DNA of 64,000 nucleotides from Cyanobacteriota bacterium (GTDB lineage Bacteria; Cyanobacteriota; Cyanobacteriia; PCC-6307; Cyanobiaceae): NCBI GenBank assembly GCA_046309395.1, contig JBKCPG010000120.1, positions 10 to 64,009 of the forward strand, read 5' to 3'. Shown piece by piece: positions 1 to 9,468 of this stretch (position 1 is its first letter; each line of letters starts with the position of its first letter). The notes under the pieces were generated by a model. It saw only the letters and a program-made list of their open reading frames with translations, ran no database searches and was not told where the DNA came from. The position numbers and the translations under genes were made by a program.

Positions 1-1097
1 GTCGAAAACAACCCAAAGCTGCGCGTAGGATCAAGATGAACACCATAACCAGAGCGCCCAAAGAATCCTCTCTGCTTGCCGTGCTTGATCAAACCTTCAT
101 CCCATCCTTTATCCGGTTCTCGACACCATACCAACAAGGGCCACTCATCTTTCTCTTCAGTCGTGAATCCTCCCAGCCTTGTGGAACCATTGACGTCCAG
201 CTTGAAGCGAGGGGTGGTCGTTCCAATCCCCACATTCCCTGATGGCATCAAAGCGATATGGTCCTGAGCGTCATTCTGAATGCCGATCGTCATCAGGGCC
301 GACTCAAGCTTGACGAGGGGATCCTCACCGGTCAGATCTGGATTCTTGTCCCGAAATTCGATGAAGCCGAAATCGCTGGTGTAGTTCACCCTGCTGCGGA
401 AGACGATGCTGCTGGCACCACCGGCATTGAAATGGTCCAGCATCAGGGTCCCCGCCATTGCGGAGGCCGGTGTGCCTGTCAGCTCGAGGATGTTCAGTTT
501 GCCATCGGGAGACTTTGTCCCGATGCCAACCTTGCCCTCGCCGTCCAAGACAAGATCCTCATGCTCCCAAGGTTGGCGGATGAAGTACAGGCGGCCCTCG
601 TTGACATGGATCGCCCAGTCCCCATGCTCCGTATCGATGAAATCCAGCTGCGGCGAGAGGCCCTTCAGCGCCACCAGGCCGCCATTGGTCAGGCCGCTGT
701 CTGGATCACGCGGTGAAGGGAACGGACCCTGCACGGTGACCTTGCCGCCCGCCGACCCGCTGGCCGTGCCGATCCCCAGCTGGCCCGTCGCCCCATCCAG
801 CACCAGCGCGGGCCGACCATCCGGGCCGGCCAAGCGAAAATCGGGCTTGTCGCCCGCTCCCATCTGCACCTGCCAGGCCGCCGCCTCCGCCGCTGGATCC
901 GCGAAGAAGCGCAGCACCGGTTGATCCGCCTTTTGCCGCACCAGCCCCAGCGGTTGGTCGGGCAACTTGAGCAGGCCATCATCCGCCTGGTTCAAACCGG
1001 CGTTGATCAGATCGGCGAAATCCATTTCCGTGGGGATCGCGTTGCGCACAAAGCGGGAACGCAACTCCTGGCGGCTTTTGGTGGTGGGTCTGGGCAT
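1..1097 (-). CDS. eCIS tail fibre protein (Afp13/Pvc13-like), partial; continues past base 1
   Basis: Translated by hand from ATG at 1097: MPRPTTKSRQELRSRFVRNAIPTEMDFADLINAGLNQADDG..., open with no stop to the window edge (365 codons), hence missing from the ORF track. The N-terminus matches the Pvc13-type 'LK..F....PT..DF..LI' anchor motif. Three G.(V/L)GIGT shaft repeats. Confidence 0.85.
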   Translation of the reverse strand, partial: MPRPTTKSRQELRSRFVRNAIPTEMDFADLINAGLNQADDGLLKLPDQPLGLVRQKADQPVLRFFADPAAEAAAWQVQMGAGDKPDFRLAGPDGRPALVLDGATGQLGIGTASGSAGGKVTVQGPFPSPRDPDSGLTNGGLVALKGLSPQLDFIDTEHGDWAIHVNEGRLYFIRQPWEHEDLVLDGEGKVGIGTKSPDGKLNILELTGTPASAMAGTLMLDHFNAGGASSIVFRSRVNYTSDFGFIEFRDKNPDLTGEDPLVKLESALMTIGIQNDAQDHIALMPSGNVGIGTTTPRFKLDVNGSTRLGGFTTEEKDEWPLLVWCREPDKGWDEGLIKHGKQRGFFGRSGYGVHLDPTRSFGLFS

Positions 1098-1152
1098 GGC
1101 GGCGGCAAGAAGAATGGGAACCGGGAAAGGACGGCACCAGGAACGACGGATC

Positions 1153-4100
1153 TCAGGCGACCTGGAAATCCAGGCCAACCCTCAACACGCCGATCCCGAG
1201 CCGGAAGGGTAAGGGGGCACCGGCCGACACGAAATCCACCGTGTGGCTCCGGGCGGCGATCAGCACCACGTCTGGGGCGGGTGCGCGCAACACCGTCTCG
1301 TATCCCTCCTCCCGCCCTAGCGGACGCAGGGGCTTGCCGGCTGGATCCACCAGGAACAGCCGCAGCCGCTCCAGATGGGCCACAAACGGCAACGCCTCCA
1401 CCGCCGCCACCAGATCGAGGGCCCGCACTTCGCCGCCTAATCGCACCTCCGCGGCGGCGTCAAAACACCAAGGCGATAGCACCCGAATCACCGCCCGCTC
1501 CAACTCCCGCTCGGCATACGCCGGATCCACTCCCTCCCGCCGGCACACCCACAACCGCGCTGTCACATGCATGTAGGTGGCATTGCGCACCACCGGCGCC
1601 CCTTCGGCCGGGCATCGCGCCCGCAGATAGCCCTCCATCGCCGCCAGCTGGTCGGTCGGCGCCCCGGGGGCGAACAGGTTGCGGGGCACCTGCTCCAGCA
1701 GGTTGGGAATCACCACCACCTCCACTCCCCGCCCCTCTCGCGCCGGCAGGCACACCACCGTATGCAACTGACTGGCGAACCCCTCCCAGAGCAACCGCTC
1801 GTAGTCCCTCGGGGCCAAGGCCCGGCCCTTGTGCCGTAGGTGCTCTGCCGCCCGGATCCGCAGCTCCGCCTCCGTTTCGGTGGCCCGCCCCGCCCGGGAG
1901 CTGAAGGGTTGATGGAGTCCCGCGATCCCCGGAACGCTCTCCTCTAGCCCTGTGATGCCATGGGGCGGGAGCACCTCTTGGCCGCTGGGCGTGATGGCCT
2001 CAGCCTCCACCGCCTGAGCCTGGATGGCCAGGATCGTGGCATGGGCCTCCACGGGTCCCATCAGCACCGCCCGAATCCAGAGTGGATCCGCGTCCGACGC
2101 GGACTCCCCATCGGCCTCCGGCACCACCACACGCACGATGCCGGAATGGAGCAGACCGTCGGTGCCGTCCTCTCGCACCGGCAATGGCCGCCAGCGCCAA
2201 TTCCGCCGCGCTTCCCAGCGCGGCGCTTCCTTCGGTCGAGCCCCCCGGGCGCTTCCCTCCGCCAGTTGAAAGGCCAGCGCCAGCGGTTGACCGGCACGGA
2301 TGTTCTCCAGTTCCAGCCACAACTCGCCGGGATGGGGATGGCTGGCCAGCAGCGGGGGGGCTTCCGCCTCCACCCGGTCTCCGCCCGGAGGGGGGAGGAC
2401 GAGCGGTTCTTCCTCCCCGAACAAGTGCACCCGTAGCAGCTGGCCTCCACCAGTTTCAGCGGTGCTCAGGCGCTGAACTCGGCGGTAGCCCACCTCCAGG
2501 CCCCCCAACAGTGGGGTGTAGGGCTCTGGCAACACATAGTCGTCTGGGTTGATGTCCGCGGCTTTGGCCGCCTTTAGCGCATTCTTGTAGCTCTCTTCCA
2601 GGCTGCCCATGGTGTCGGTTGGTTTCGCGCCGCTCAACGTGTGTGCCATCGCCAGGGCTTGGCGTCCCGCCAGGTCGCTGATCGCCAGCGCGAACGCCTG
2701 GGCCTTGCGAGCTGTGAGAGCTGGATACAGCCCATGGCCGAAATCGGTGGGGGCCAGCCGCCAACACCACATCCGCCCCTGATTTCGCCCATCCCCATTT
2801 CCCTCCGCCGTGAGGGTGGGCCCGGGCGCCAGTGGCGGGAGCGGGTCGCAGGTGATCTCCAGTCTCCCGTTCCCGTCCCCCGCGAACAACCGCGCCGACT
2901 TGCTGAACACCTCGGCACCATGGCGCTCCCGCAAGCTCACGTCGATCAAGAAGTCGCTCTCCCTCACCCGGGCATCCCTCCCCAGACCGGGCCAGCCCTG
3001 GTAGGCCGCGTAGTGCTTCGCCAGATCCGCCGGCGGCTTCACCCATTCCCCGGTGAACCGGATTGACTCCAGGTCGCCCTCCAGCAGCGCTGGATGGCTG
3101 ATGTACAAGTGGTTGCCGACCTCAGGCTTGGCCCCGAACGGGTGGAAGGGCTCACGGGGATTCACCGCCACGCCCTCCCGCTGAAGCCGCACCCCCTTGA
3201 GCCCCTCCACCCTCACCCGCAACTCGGCGCTGGCCACCCGCGGCCCGTCGAAGCCGCGCCATGGATCTTCGCCAGGCCACAGGGGGTTTCGGGGGCGCAA
3301 CCGCATCCGCAGTCGCGGCGTGTCGGACCCCTCCAGCGGCGCGAGCGGCGGATCGCTGGCCCGCAGCACCACCCGCAGAGTGAGCCTCCAGAGGGCGGGT
3401 TTGGAAGACTCCACGGCTCCCACGCTCCCCTTCGCCAGCGGCACCGCCAGCCAGCCCTCCGCCGTGCTCACCTCCACCAGCAGCGCCTGGTTCAATCCCC
3501 ACCCCGGTTGATCGGGCTCCCGGGGCGGCTCTCCGGCGCAGTCGTCGGCCCGCGCCGTCCCCCCGTCCCTGCCCCGCAGGCTCCCGAGCAGCCCATCCCG
3601 CGTGCCCTCCTCCGCGAGGAAACTGAGGCTCACCTCCAGGGTGCGGGTTCCCTCCTCCAGTCGCAGCAGTGGGCTCGCCACCGCAAAGCCGCCACCAGCC
3701 TCCGGGTCGGGAGGCTCCACCGCCGGGTCGGTCCAGAAGCACGGCGCCAGGGTTTGGCCCGCCGCCATCGCCTTGGCGTCGATCCGTTGCTCCCCTCGGT
3801 GCCATTGGCGCCAGCGCACCGTTTCGAGCGGCGGCGGCGTCTCGCCGCTTTCCGCTCGCTGAGCCCGCTCCAGCAGGGCATCCACCGCCGCCCAGCTGAG
3901 CGGCCGCGGCTCCGTGCCCGGGGCCCTCAACAGCTTCCCAAAGCGCTGGAGCGCCTGCAGTCCGCCCTCTGGTAGCCAGCGGCTGAGCAGTCTCAAACAG
4001 TCGTCGACCGAACGGGAGCCATCCAAGGGCCACTCCTCTTCGCCGACCTCCATGGCGCTCGCCACCCCCCTCAGGGTTTCGGCGAAGCCCGCCTCCGGGC

Positions 4101-5790
4101 TGAGTCCTTCGCGGCATCGGGCCAGGACCGCCCGCCGTGCGGCGGCCCAGCGCTCGGCGTGGGCCCGGCCAAGCAGTTCCTGGATCGCCGCCCAGCTGTC
4201 GGGGTTCCCGTCGCCGCGGATCGTCTCCCTCATCGACTCGAACAACCGGATCACCCGCTCCAGGGGCAAGGCGAAGCCCCGCTCCAAAGCCTCCACATCC
4301 AGGAAGGTTTGCCAGCATTGAGGCGGGATGGCGGCGGCGGCCTGGCGAGAAACTCCCATCTGGGGCTCCCGTGGCTGGAGGGGCTTGGGCCAGGGGAACG
4401 CGTCGGCGTGAATCACCTCCAGCGTTTTGGCCAGATTGCCGGCGAAGTCGGGCGACGCGGAGTTGGGGCTTGTGGGATCGAGGCGCCAGCTGGGCCGCTT
4501 CCGACGTCTGCGCCCGCAGCGCTCCAGCAGCCCGTTCACCTCCCGCCATTGGGAATCAATGTGCTGCTTCATCGTCATCAGCCGCACGAAGGTGTCCATT
4601 TTGTCCTTGACGTCGCCTCCCCTGGGCCGCAACTGACAGGAAGGGGCGCTGAAGAGCTTTTCGAGGTACTCGCTCACCGCCTTCACCTCACGGTTGAGGT
4701 AGAGATCGTCAACGCTGTTCACCTCACTCAGCTGATCCGCCTTCCAGTCCAGCCACCCAGAGCCGGCGCCCAACATGCTGACACGGAAATTCTCGGCGAA
4801 TTCCCGCGGATTCTTGGGATTCTCCAGCCCCAGCCAGTCGTTGATGGCTGCCCATTCCTGATCCGATCCCCCGTCCGTGCGTTGGCGCACCAGACGCATC
4901 ATCCGCTGAAACTCCCGCGGCTCCAGCTGCGGATGCTCCTCCTTGCCGTCGATCGTGAACGTCTCCAATAAAGCGGCGATTGGGCCGTCCAGCAGGCTGT
5001 TCACGCTGGCGGGTGGTCCTTGCGACATCCCCGCTCCGGGGGGGCCTTCCTCCCCGTAGGTGAGCCGCAGCATGCGGTCGAGTCGCACCTCGGGGTCGGG
5101 TTCCTCCGCGGCGATGGTGGCCAGATCCCAGACCTGGCGCTCCAGCTGAATGGCGCGCAGTCGACGCACCCGGCCATGGTTGAGGGAGAGATCCGTGAGT
5201 GTGCGATAGCGACGCTCTTGCCCTTGGGCATCCAAGCCGGCCAGCAGCACCGTGCCCGCTTTCAGCGTCTGGGGAGGGGCGCCAGGGGCCATGGTGAAGG
5301 CCACCGTCACCCGATCCGGCGCGCCGGGGCGAGGCGTGAAGCCAAGCCGCTCCTGGTAGTAGTGGTGGAGTTCGCGGGCCGGCAGGGCGTTGAGCAGTTG
5401 GCGCTGATGCCGCAGCAGGCGAATGAACACGAGCAGCAGCACAAAGTGGGGCCGGCGAAGCCAGGCCAGCTGGGTAGGGCTCCACTCCCTCCCGTCACCC
5501 GCCTTCGCCCCGTAGCTGGCGATGGCCTCAGCCGTGAGCTGCCCATGGCCACAGAAGGCCTCCCACGTGAGCGGCGCTGAGCTGTCCTCCCCGCCTCTCC
5601 CCACCTGGCGCGGGTCGGCCCACACCAGTTGTTTGGCCAGCTCCCGCACGAATCGGATCTCGTCGGCGTCTCCCCGCAAATCCAGCTCCACCCCCTCCGG
5701 ATCCGGGGCCTCCCGTCGTCGCGCCTCCGCGGTGGTTCCCCACCCGGGAGCGCCATCCACGGCCAGCCATCGCGAGAGCGGGTCAACCAT
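1153..5790 (-). CDS. Baseplate wedge protein, baseplate J/Afp11 (Pvc11)-like, 1545 aa with large insertion
   Basis: N-terminal PHFVLLLVFIRLL...LHHYYQERLG...PDRV...AGLDAQG and C-terminal LRHKGRALAPRDYERLL motifs typical of eCIS baseplate J proteins; directly follows gp25. Confidence 0.88.
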   Translation of the reverse strand: MVDPLSRWLAVDGAPGWGTTAEARRREAPDPEGVELDLRGDADEIRFVRELAKQLVWADPRQVGRGGEDSSAPLTWEAFCGHGQLTAEAIASYGAKAGDGREWSPTQLAWLRRPHFVLLLVFIRLLRHQRQLLNALPARELHHYYQERLGFTPRPGAPDRVTVAFTMAPGAPPQTLKAGTVLLAGLDAQGQERRYRTLTDLSLNHGRVRRLRAIQLERQVWDLATIAAEEPDPEVRLDRMLRLTYGEEGPPGAGMSQGPPASVNSLLDGPIAALLETFTIDGKEEHPQLEPREFQRMMRLVRQRTDGGSDQEWAAINDWLGLENPKNPREFAENFRVSMLGAGSGWLDWKADQLSEVNSVDDLYLNREVKAVSEYLEKLFSAPSCQLRPRGGDVKDKMDTFVRLMTMKQHIDSQWREVNGLLERCGRRRRKRPSWRLDPTSPNSASPDFAGNLAKTLEVIHADAFPWPKPLQPREPQMGVSRQAAAAIPPQCWQTFLDVEALERGFALPLERVIRLFESMRETIRGDGNPDSWAAIQELLGRAHAERWAAARRAVLARCREGLSPEAGFAETLRGVASAMEVGEEEWPLDGSRSVDDCLRLLSRWLPEGGLQALQRFGKLLRAPGTEPRPLSWAAVDALLERAQRAESGETPPPLETVRWRQWHRGEQRIDAKAMAAGQTLAPCFWTDPAVEPPDPEAGGGFAVASPLLRLEEGTRTLEVSLSFLAEEGTRDGLLGSLRGRDGGTARADDCAGEPPREPDQPGWGLNQALLVEVSTAEGWLAVPLAKGSVGAVESSKPALWRLTLRVVLRASDPPLAPLEGSDTPRLRMRLRPRNPLWPGEDPWRGFDGPRVASAELRVRVEGLKGVRLQREGVAVNPREPFHPFGAKPEVGNHLYISHPALLEGDLESIRFTGEWVKPPADLAKHYAAYQGWPGLGRDARVRESDFLIDVSLRERHGAEVFSKSARLFAGDGNGRLEITCDPLPPLAPGPTLTAEGNGDGRNQGRMWCWRLAPTDFGHGLYPALTARKAQAFALAISDLAGRQALAMAHTLSGAKPTDTMGSLEESYKNALKAAKAADINPDDYVLPEPYTPLLGGLEVGYRRVQRLSTAETGGGQLLRVHLFGEEEPLVLPPPGGDRVEAEAPPLLASHPHPGELWLELENIRAGQPLALAFQLAEGSARGARPKEAPRWEARRNWRWRPLPVREDGTDGLLHSGIVRVVVPEADGESASDADPLWIRAVLMGPVEAHATILAIQAQAVEAEAITPSGQEVLPPHGITGLEESVPGIAGLHQPFSSRAGRATETEAELRIRAAEHLRHKGRALAPRDYERLLWEGFASQLHTVVCLPAREGRGVEVVVIPNLLEQVPRNLFAPGAPTDQLAAMEGYLRARCPAEGAPVVRNATYMHVTARLWVCRREGVDPAYAERELERAVIRVLSPWCFDAAAEVRLGGEVRALDLVAAVEALPFVAHLERLRLFLVDPAGKPLRPLGREEGYETVLRAPAPDVVLIAARSHTVDFVSAGAPLPFRLGIGVLRVGLDFQVA

Positions 5791-5793
5791 GGC

Positions 5794-6216
5794 TCACCTG
5801 CTCACGGCGGTGGCTTCGTTGAGATAGAAGGGAAACACCATGTTGAAGCGGGAATTGGTGGCGGGGATCTGGTAGTCGACGCGGATCAGCAGAACGCCAG
5901 CTTCCTTCGGGTGGAGACTCACCTCCAGGTTGAGCAGCTCGACGCGGGGCTCATGCAGCAACACCGCCTCTTCCAGCCTGGTGGCGATGCCGCTCAGCAG
6001 CTCCTGGTCGACTTCCGCGTACAGCCATTCCTCAAGGGAGCCCCCATAGCTTTCCAACATCATCCTCTCCCCTCGGCGAGTGGCGAACAGCAAGGCGAGG
6101 GACTGCTGGATGTCGGTTTCGTCGGACACCATGGCCACCTCCTGACCCCCTCGCGAAAAACTCGGAGGGAAAGCCCAGCCCGTGCCCAGAAACCCTTTCG
6201 CGTCCGCTGGGCTCAT
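5794..6216 (-). CDS. GPW/gp25 family baseplate protein (Afp9-like)
   Basis: FLGTGWAFPP...DIQQSLALLFATRRGER...HEPRV...NSRFNMVFPFYL, 140 aa. Confidence 0.93.
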   Translation of the reverse strand: MSPADAKGFLGTGWAFPPSFSRGGQEVAMVSDETDIQQSLALLFATRRGERMMLESYGGSLEEWLYAEVDQELLSGIATRLEEAVLLHEPRVELLNLEVSLHPKEAGVLLIRVDYQIPATNSRFNMVFPFYLNEATAVSR

Positions 6217-6404
6217 GGGGCCTCCTCCGCTTCCCGCCCCTGGGCTTCGCCGCTGGCGTCGCTTTGCAGCTGGCCCCGGGCTTGAGCCTGGAGGCGACCC
6301 ACCAGGCCATAGACGGATTTAAAGGGCTGTTCGCCAAGCGCCTCGAGGATCAGGTTGACATCCTCGATGCTGAGTTCGAAGTGAATGGTGGGTTCGCTCA
6401 TCAT
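6213..6404 (-). CDS. Small helical hypothetical protein (63 aa) within eCIS operon
   Basis: ELSIEDVNLILEALGEQPFKSVYGLVGRLQAQA; fills the gap between PAAR and gp25, and its stop overlaps the gp25 ATG. Confidence 0.75.
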   Translation of the reverse strand: MMSEPTIHFELSIEDVNLILEALGEQPFKSVYGLVGRLQAQARGQLQSDASGEAQGREAEEAP

Positions 6405-6426
6405 TGGGGGGGGAACAGAGGGGGGG

Positions 6427-6726
6427 TTAGCCGCCGATCATCACGTTGAGATAGCCCGCGGCGATGGTGCCGCCATGGGCCGTGCTGTCGCCCATGCGGG
6501 CGGCGGGCTTGCCGCCGATCAGCACGGTGGCGGAGCCCTTGATGATCGAATCCGGGGGGCCCACGCAGACGCAGGTGTCGCCCACCAGGGCGGCGGGCAG
6601 GCCTCCGATCAACACGGTGGGGCTGCCCGGTCCGACGATCGGGCCGCCCACATGGGGAATGGGTGGGGGGCCGGGGGTCTGCGTCGGACAGGTGTGGGGA
6701 TCGGTGAGACGGGCGGCTGGAGGCAT
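6427..6726 (-). CDS. PAAR domain spike-tip protein
   Basis: PAARLTD.H.C, PAALVGD, PAARMGD...HGG repeats; 99 aa with no C-terminal extension. Confidence 0.95.
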   Translation of the reverse strand: MPPAARLTDPHTCPTQTPGPPPIPHVGGPIVGPGSPTVLIGGLPAALVGDTCVCVGPPDSIIKGSATVLIGGKPAARMGDSTAHGGTIAAGYLNVMIGG

Positions 6727-6730
6727 GGCG

Positions 6731-8578
6731 TTAGTTGATCTTCACGAGAGTGGCCTGGATGTCCACCAGGGCATCGGAGGCCACGGAGGTCTGCGCCACG
6801 CCCTTGAGCTTGAGGGTGGCATCGGCGGCCAACTCCACCTGGGCGCCCTTCACCCCCACCTTGGACTGCCCGGCGAGCTCCACCTGCTGCCCTTTAAGGG
6901 TGATGTTGTTTCCCTCCAGCCCCACTCCTTGTTCGCCCTTGATCTTCACCTGCCCCTTGGCCGTCAGCTGGATGTCTTTCTCGCTGCTCAGAGCGATGCC
7001 TTTGTCACTGAGCAAAATTTTGTTGTTGTGTTGGTCTTCGATGGTGATGGTTTTGTCTTTCTCGTTGATGCTGATGCGGTTCTTGTAGGTGCCGTCCGTG
7101 TCGCCGGAGGCGGTGGTCTCCAGGAGCAAGGCGGGGGTGTGATCGTCGAACACGACGCGCGTGCCGGCCCGACTGACGATCGCCCTCACGGGGTTGTCTT
7201 TGGCGGCTGTGTCCACCGGTTTGGGTGGCTTGTGGGCGCCGCCGAACAGGGAGCCCAGAATCAGGGGCTGGCGCGGATCGTCGTTGAGGAAGCCAACCAG
7301 CACCTCATCGCCCACCTCCGGGCGAAAGACAAAGCCGCGTTTGGGGCCCGCGTCGGGAGTGAGCAGCCGGGCCCACAGCTCCCCCTGGGCTCCACCGCCC
7401 ATGACGGCAAGACGCACCCGCACCCGCGACTCCCCCTTGGGGTCGTCGCCGAGGGCCTCCACGGTGGCGATCTGCAGGCCCGTGGCCGGCGGCAACAACC
7501 CCGCCGCCGGCATCTCCTCCATTTCGGGAGAGCGGGCAAAACACTCCGGCCCCACCCCGAGGGTCAACCGGGTGCACCATCCCTCGCTGTTGAGGGTGTG
7601 CGTCACCCCAGACACCAGGGCCTTGCCGTTGAAGCGTTTTCCCACCCCCTGGATGTCCACGGTGCTGAGGGGCTTCAGGGCCGCGTCCCCATCCACCACC
7701 ACCGAGCCCCGCAGCAACGACCAGCGCTGCTTGCCCAACCGGGCGTCGCCCCAGCTTCCCAGCTCCTTCGGTGCCGCGGGGGCGCCGTGGATCAGGCTGG
7801 CATCTGGGGCCTCCACCGCCCTCGCGAGCTCTTGATCGCTTTGGTCGCCGATTCTCAGGTCGGGAGACTTGGCCATGACCGGTTGGCTGGGCTTCAGCGT
7901 GGCCGGGTCCCAGCCCATGGTTTTGAGCGTGGCCCACTGCTGGGCTCCATCCAGCTCCAGTTCCAGCTCCCGGGTGTCGTCCAATCCAAGGTTCAGCACC
8001 CGGGTGGTTGGCCCGAGAGAGAGGGGCAGGATGCTGACCTGGCCCAGGCTCACCGTGATGGCCAACCCCAGCACATCGGCACGGGCGAGGATGAAATCCC
8101 AATCACTCACGTTGTATTGCACCAGGGCCGGATGGGTGATCGGAGTGATGGCGAGCTTGCCGGCCCTCAATCCAGCCCCTTGAATCAGCTTGCGCATCAC
8201 CTCGCGATCCTTGGCCTCGTTGTAAACGGCGGAGCGCCGTCGACGCGTCATCTGGATGGCCGGGTCGCTCAGCTCCACCCTCAATCGGCAGCCCTCCGCG
8301 GTGGCCGCCACGGCGTGGCGCGTCACGATGCCCTCAAACACCGGCATGGGGGCGGCTCCATCCGGCAGATAGCCCAAGGCGATGCGCACCCGCGTGCCTG
8401 GCGCGAACAGGCTCTCCTCGCTGAGGGCGAAGCGGCCTTCCGGGAGCGAGCCATCCAGCAGCGTGAGCGACGCCTGGGGCACCCGGTTGATCTCCAGGCG
8501 CACCTCCAACTCCACCACCTCAACCTCATCGGGCATGGGCTTGCCGGCACAGCTGATCTTCACGTCCGGCAGACCCAT
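6731..8578 (-). CDS. vgrG: VgrG/gp27-gp5-like spike (Afp8-like)
   Basis: Start set at MGLPDVKISC (ATG overlaps the upstream TGA). VQYNVSDWDFILARAD, gp5 OB-fold WARLLTPDAGPKRGFVFRPEVGDEVLVGFLNDDPRQP, and beta-helix C-terminus. Confidence 0.92.
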   Translation of the reverse strand: MGLPDVKISCAGKPMPDEVEVVELEVRLEINRVPQASLTLLDGSLPEGRFALSEESLFAPGTRVRIALGYLPDGAAPMPVFEGIVTRHAVAATAEGCRLRVELSDPAIQMTRRRRSAVYNEAKDREVMRKLIQGAGLRAGKLAITPITHPALVQYNVSDWDFILARADVLGLAITVSLGQVSILPLSLGPTTRVLNLGLDDTRELELELDGAQQWATLKTMGWDPATLKPSQPVMAKSPDLRIGDQSDQELARAVEAPDASLIHGAPAAPKELGSWGDARLGKQRWSLLRGSVVVDGDAALKPLSTVDIQGVGKRFNGKALVSGVTHTLNSEGWCTRLTLGVGPECFARSPEMEEMPAAGLLPPATGLQIATVEALGDDPKGESRVRVRLAVMGGGAQGELWARLLTPDAGPKRGFVFRPEVGDEVLVGFLNDDPRQPLILGSLFGGAHKPPKPVDTAAKDNPVRAIVSRAGTRVVFDDHTPALLLETTASGDTDGTYKNRISINEKDKTITIEDQHNNKILLSDKGIALSSEKDIQLTAKGQVKIKGEQGVGLEGNNITLKGQQVELAGQSKVGVKGAQVELAADATLKLKGVAQTSVASDALVDIQATLVKIN

Positions 8579-9312
8579 CAAACCGACCCTCCCGGTGCCG
8601 CCAGGGGGGGGAACAACAGCTCCTGGCCCGGGGTGAGAACCCGAATGTCGTCGAGCTGGTTGAACGCGGCCACCTGCAGGTAGGGGGCGGCGCTGCCGTA
8701 GTAGCGCAGGCACAGCATGGGCAGGGTCTCCCCCGCCAAGACCAGATGGCGATGGCTCAGATCTGGCGAGGAGAGGCGCTGCCTGGCGCGTTGCTTCGTG
8801 GGATGCACGGCCTCCACGAAAGTGGCCGTGAGATCGGCTAGTAGCACCTCACCACCCCGATCAACACATCCGTAGCTGATGTCGTAGCTCTTCAGTCGGG
8901 CCTCAAAGGTGGACCGCAGCCCTCCCTTGTCCCAGTTCAGTCGGAGATAAGAGGGTTCATGGGTCTCGCTGTTGATGGTTTGGCAGAGACGCTGAAACAG
9001 ATCCAGCTGTTGCCCCACATCCAGTGGCTTCGCGATGGGAGCATTCAAGCCGTAGGGCCCGAAATCCACACCCACAAACGAGAGCGTGACGCTCAACTGG
9101 CGCGAGTTGCTGGCGTAATACCTGGCCTTGGCGCCACCGGTGGACGCTCCTTGCTTGGTTTCGTAGGTGTTGTCTTGCTTGATGGAGAGAGATTCGGGGT
9201 TGTAGGCGGCTGTCAGCTTGTTAGGCGCGGGCCGCACGGGGCGCGTGAAGGCACTGTCCTGAAAGGCGGTGATGTGCAGCTTCGCCGGCTTGACGATGTC
9301 CAGAGCGTTCAT
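8578..9312 (-). CDS. CIS tube-initiator/LysM protein (Afp7-like)
   Basis: YNPESLSI..N.Y, PSYLRLNW, and C-terminal LysM-like HLVLAGETLPMLCLRYYG...LTPGQELLFPPL. Confidence 0.88.
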   Translation of the reverse strand: MNALDIVKPAKLHITAFQDSAFTRPVRPAPNKLTAAYNPESLSIKQDNTYETKQGASTGGAKARYYASNSRQLSVTLSFVGVDFGPYGLNAPIAKPLDVGQQLDLFQRLCQTINSETHEPSYLRLNWDKGGLRSTFEARLKSYDISYGCVDRGGEVLLADLTATFVEAVHPTKQRARQRLSSPDLSHRHLVLAGETLPMLCLRYYGSAAPYLQVAAFNQLDDIRVLTPGQELLFPPLAAPGGSV

Positions 9313-9324
9313 GGTCGGGTCACC

Positions 9325-9468
9325 TCAGCGTTCCTTCTGGCGGGCCAGCTGGCGCAGCACGGCCCGGGCGCAGCGGGCCACGATTTCGGCCTCGCTGGCG
9401 GGGCTTGCGGGCTGGGCTGGGGCTGGCACAACCGCGCGGATGATCAATTGGCGAATTTCAATGGTCAT
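9325..9468 (-). CDS. DUF5908/Afp6-like small eCIS protein (47 aa)
   Basis: Hand-translated MTIEIRQLIIRAVV...EAEIVARCARAVLRQLARQKER; ATG overlaps the upstream TGA; below the ORF-track length cutoff. Confidence 0.8.
   Translation of the reverse strand: MTIEIRQLIIRAVVPAPAQPASPASEAEIVARCARAVLRQLARQKER

Noticed and set aside
689-982. 97-aa minus-strand ORF after the baseplate
   Set aside because: Wrong frame. The real gene is the open frame from 1097 to the window edge (tail fibre).
6464-8683. 739-aa plus-strand ORF, and similar long ORFs at 3152-4549, 41577-43598, 46858-48441, 47660-49189, 53437-55044, 60857-62203, 61192-62469
   Set aside because: Antisense or alternate-frame shadows of well-supported genes. 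High GC suppresses stops, and the products are Arg/Pro/Gly-rich or motif-less.
8579-8713. N-terminal extensions given by the ORF track (VgrG, sheath, DUF4255, nrtC, nrtD, nirA, ureC, ureA, narM, moaC, moaE and others)
   Set aside because: They overlap upstream genes or precede the family-typical start. I used downstream starts supported by homology and coupling.
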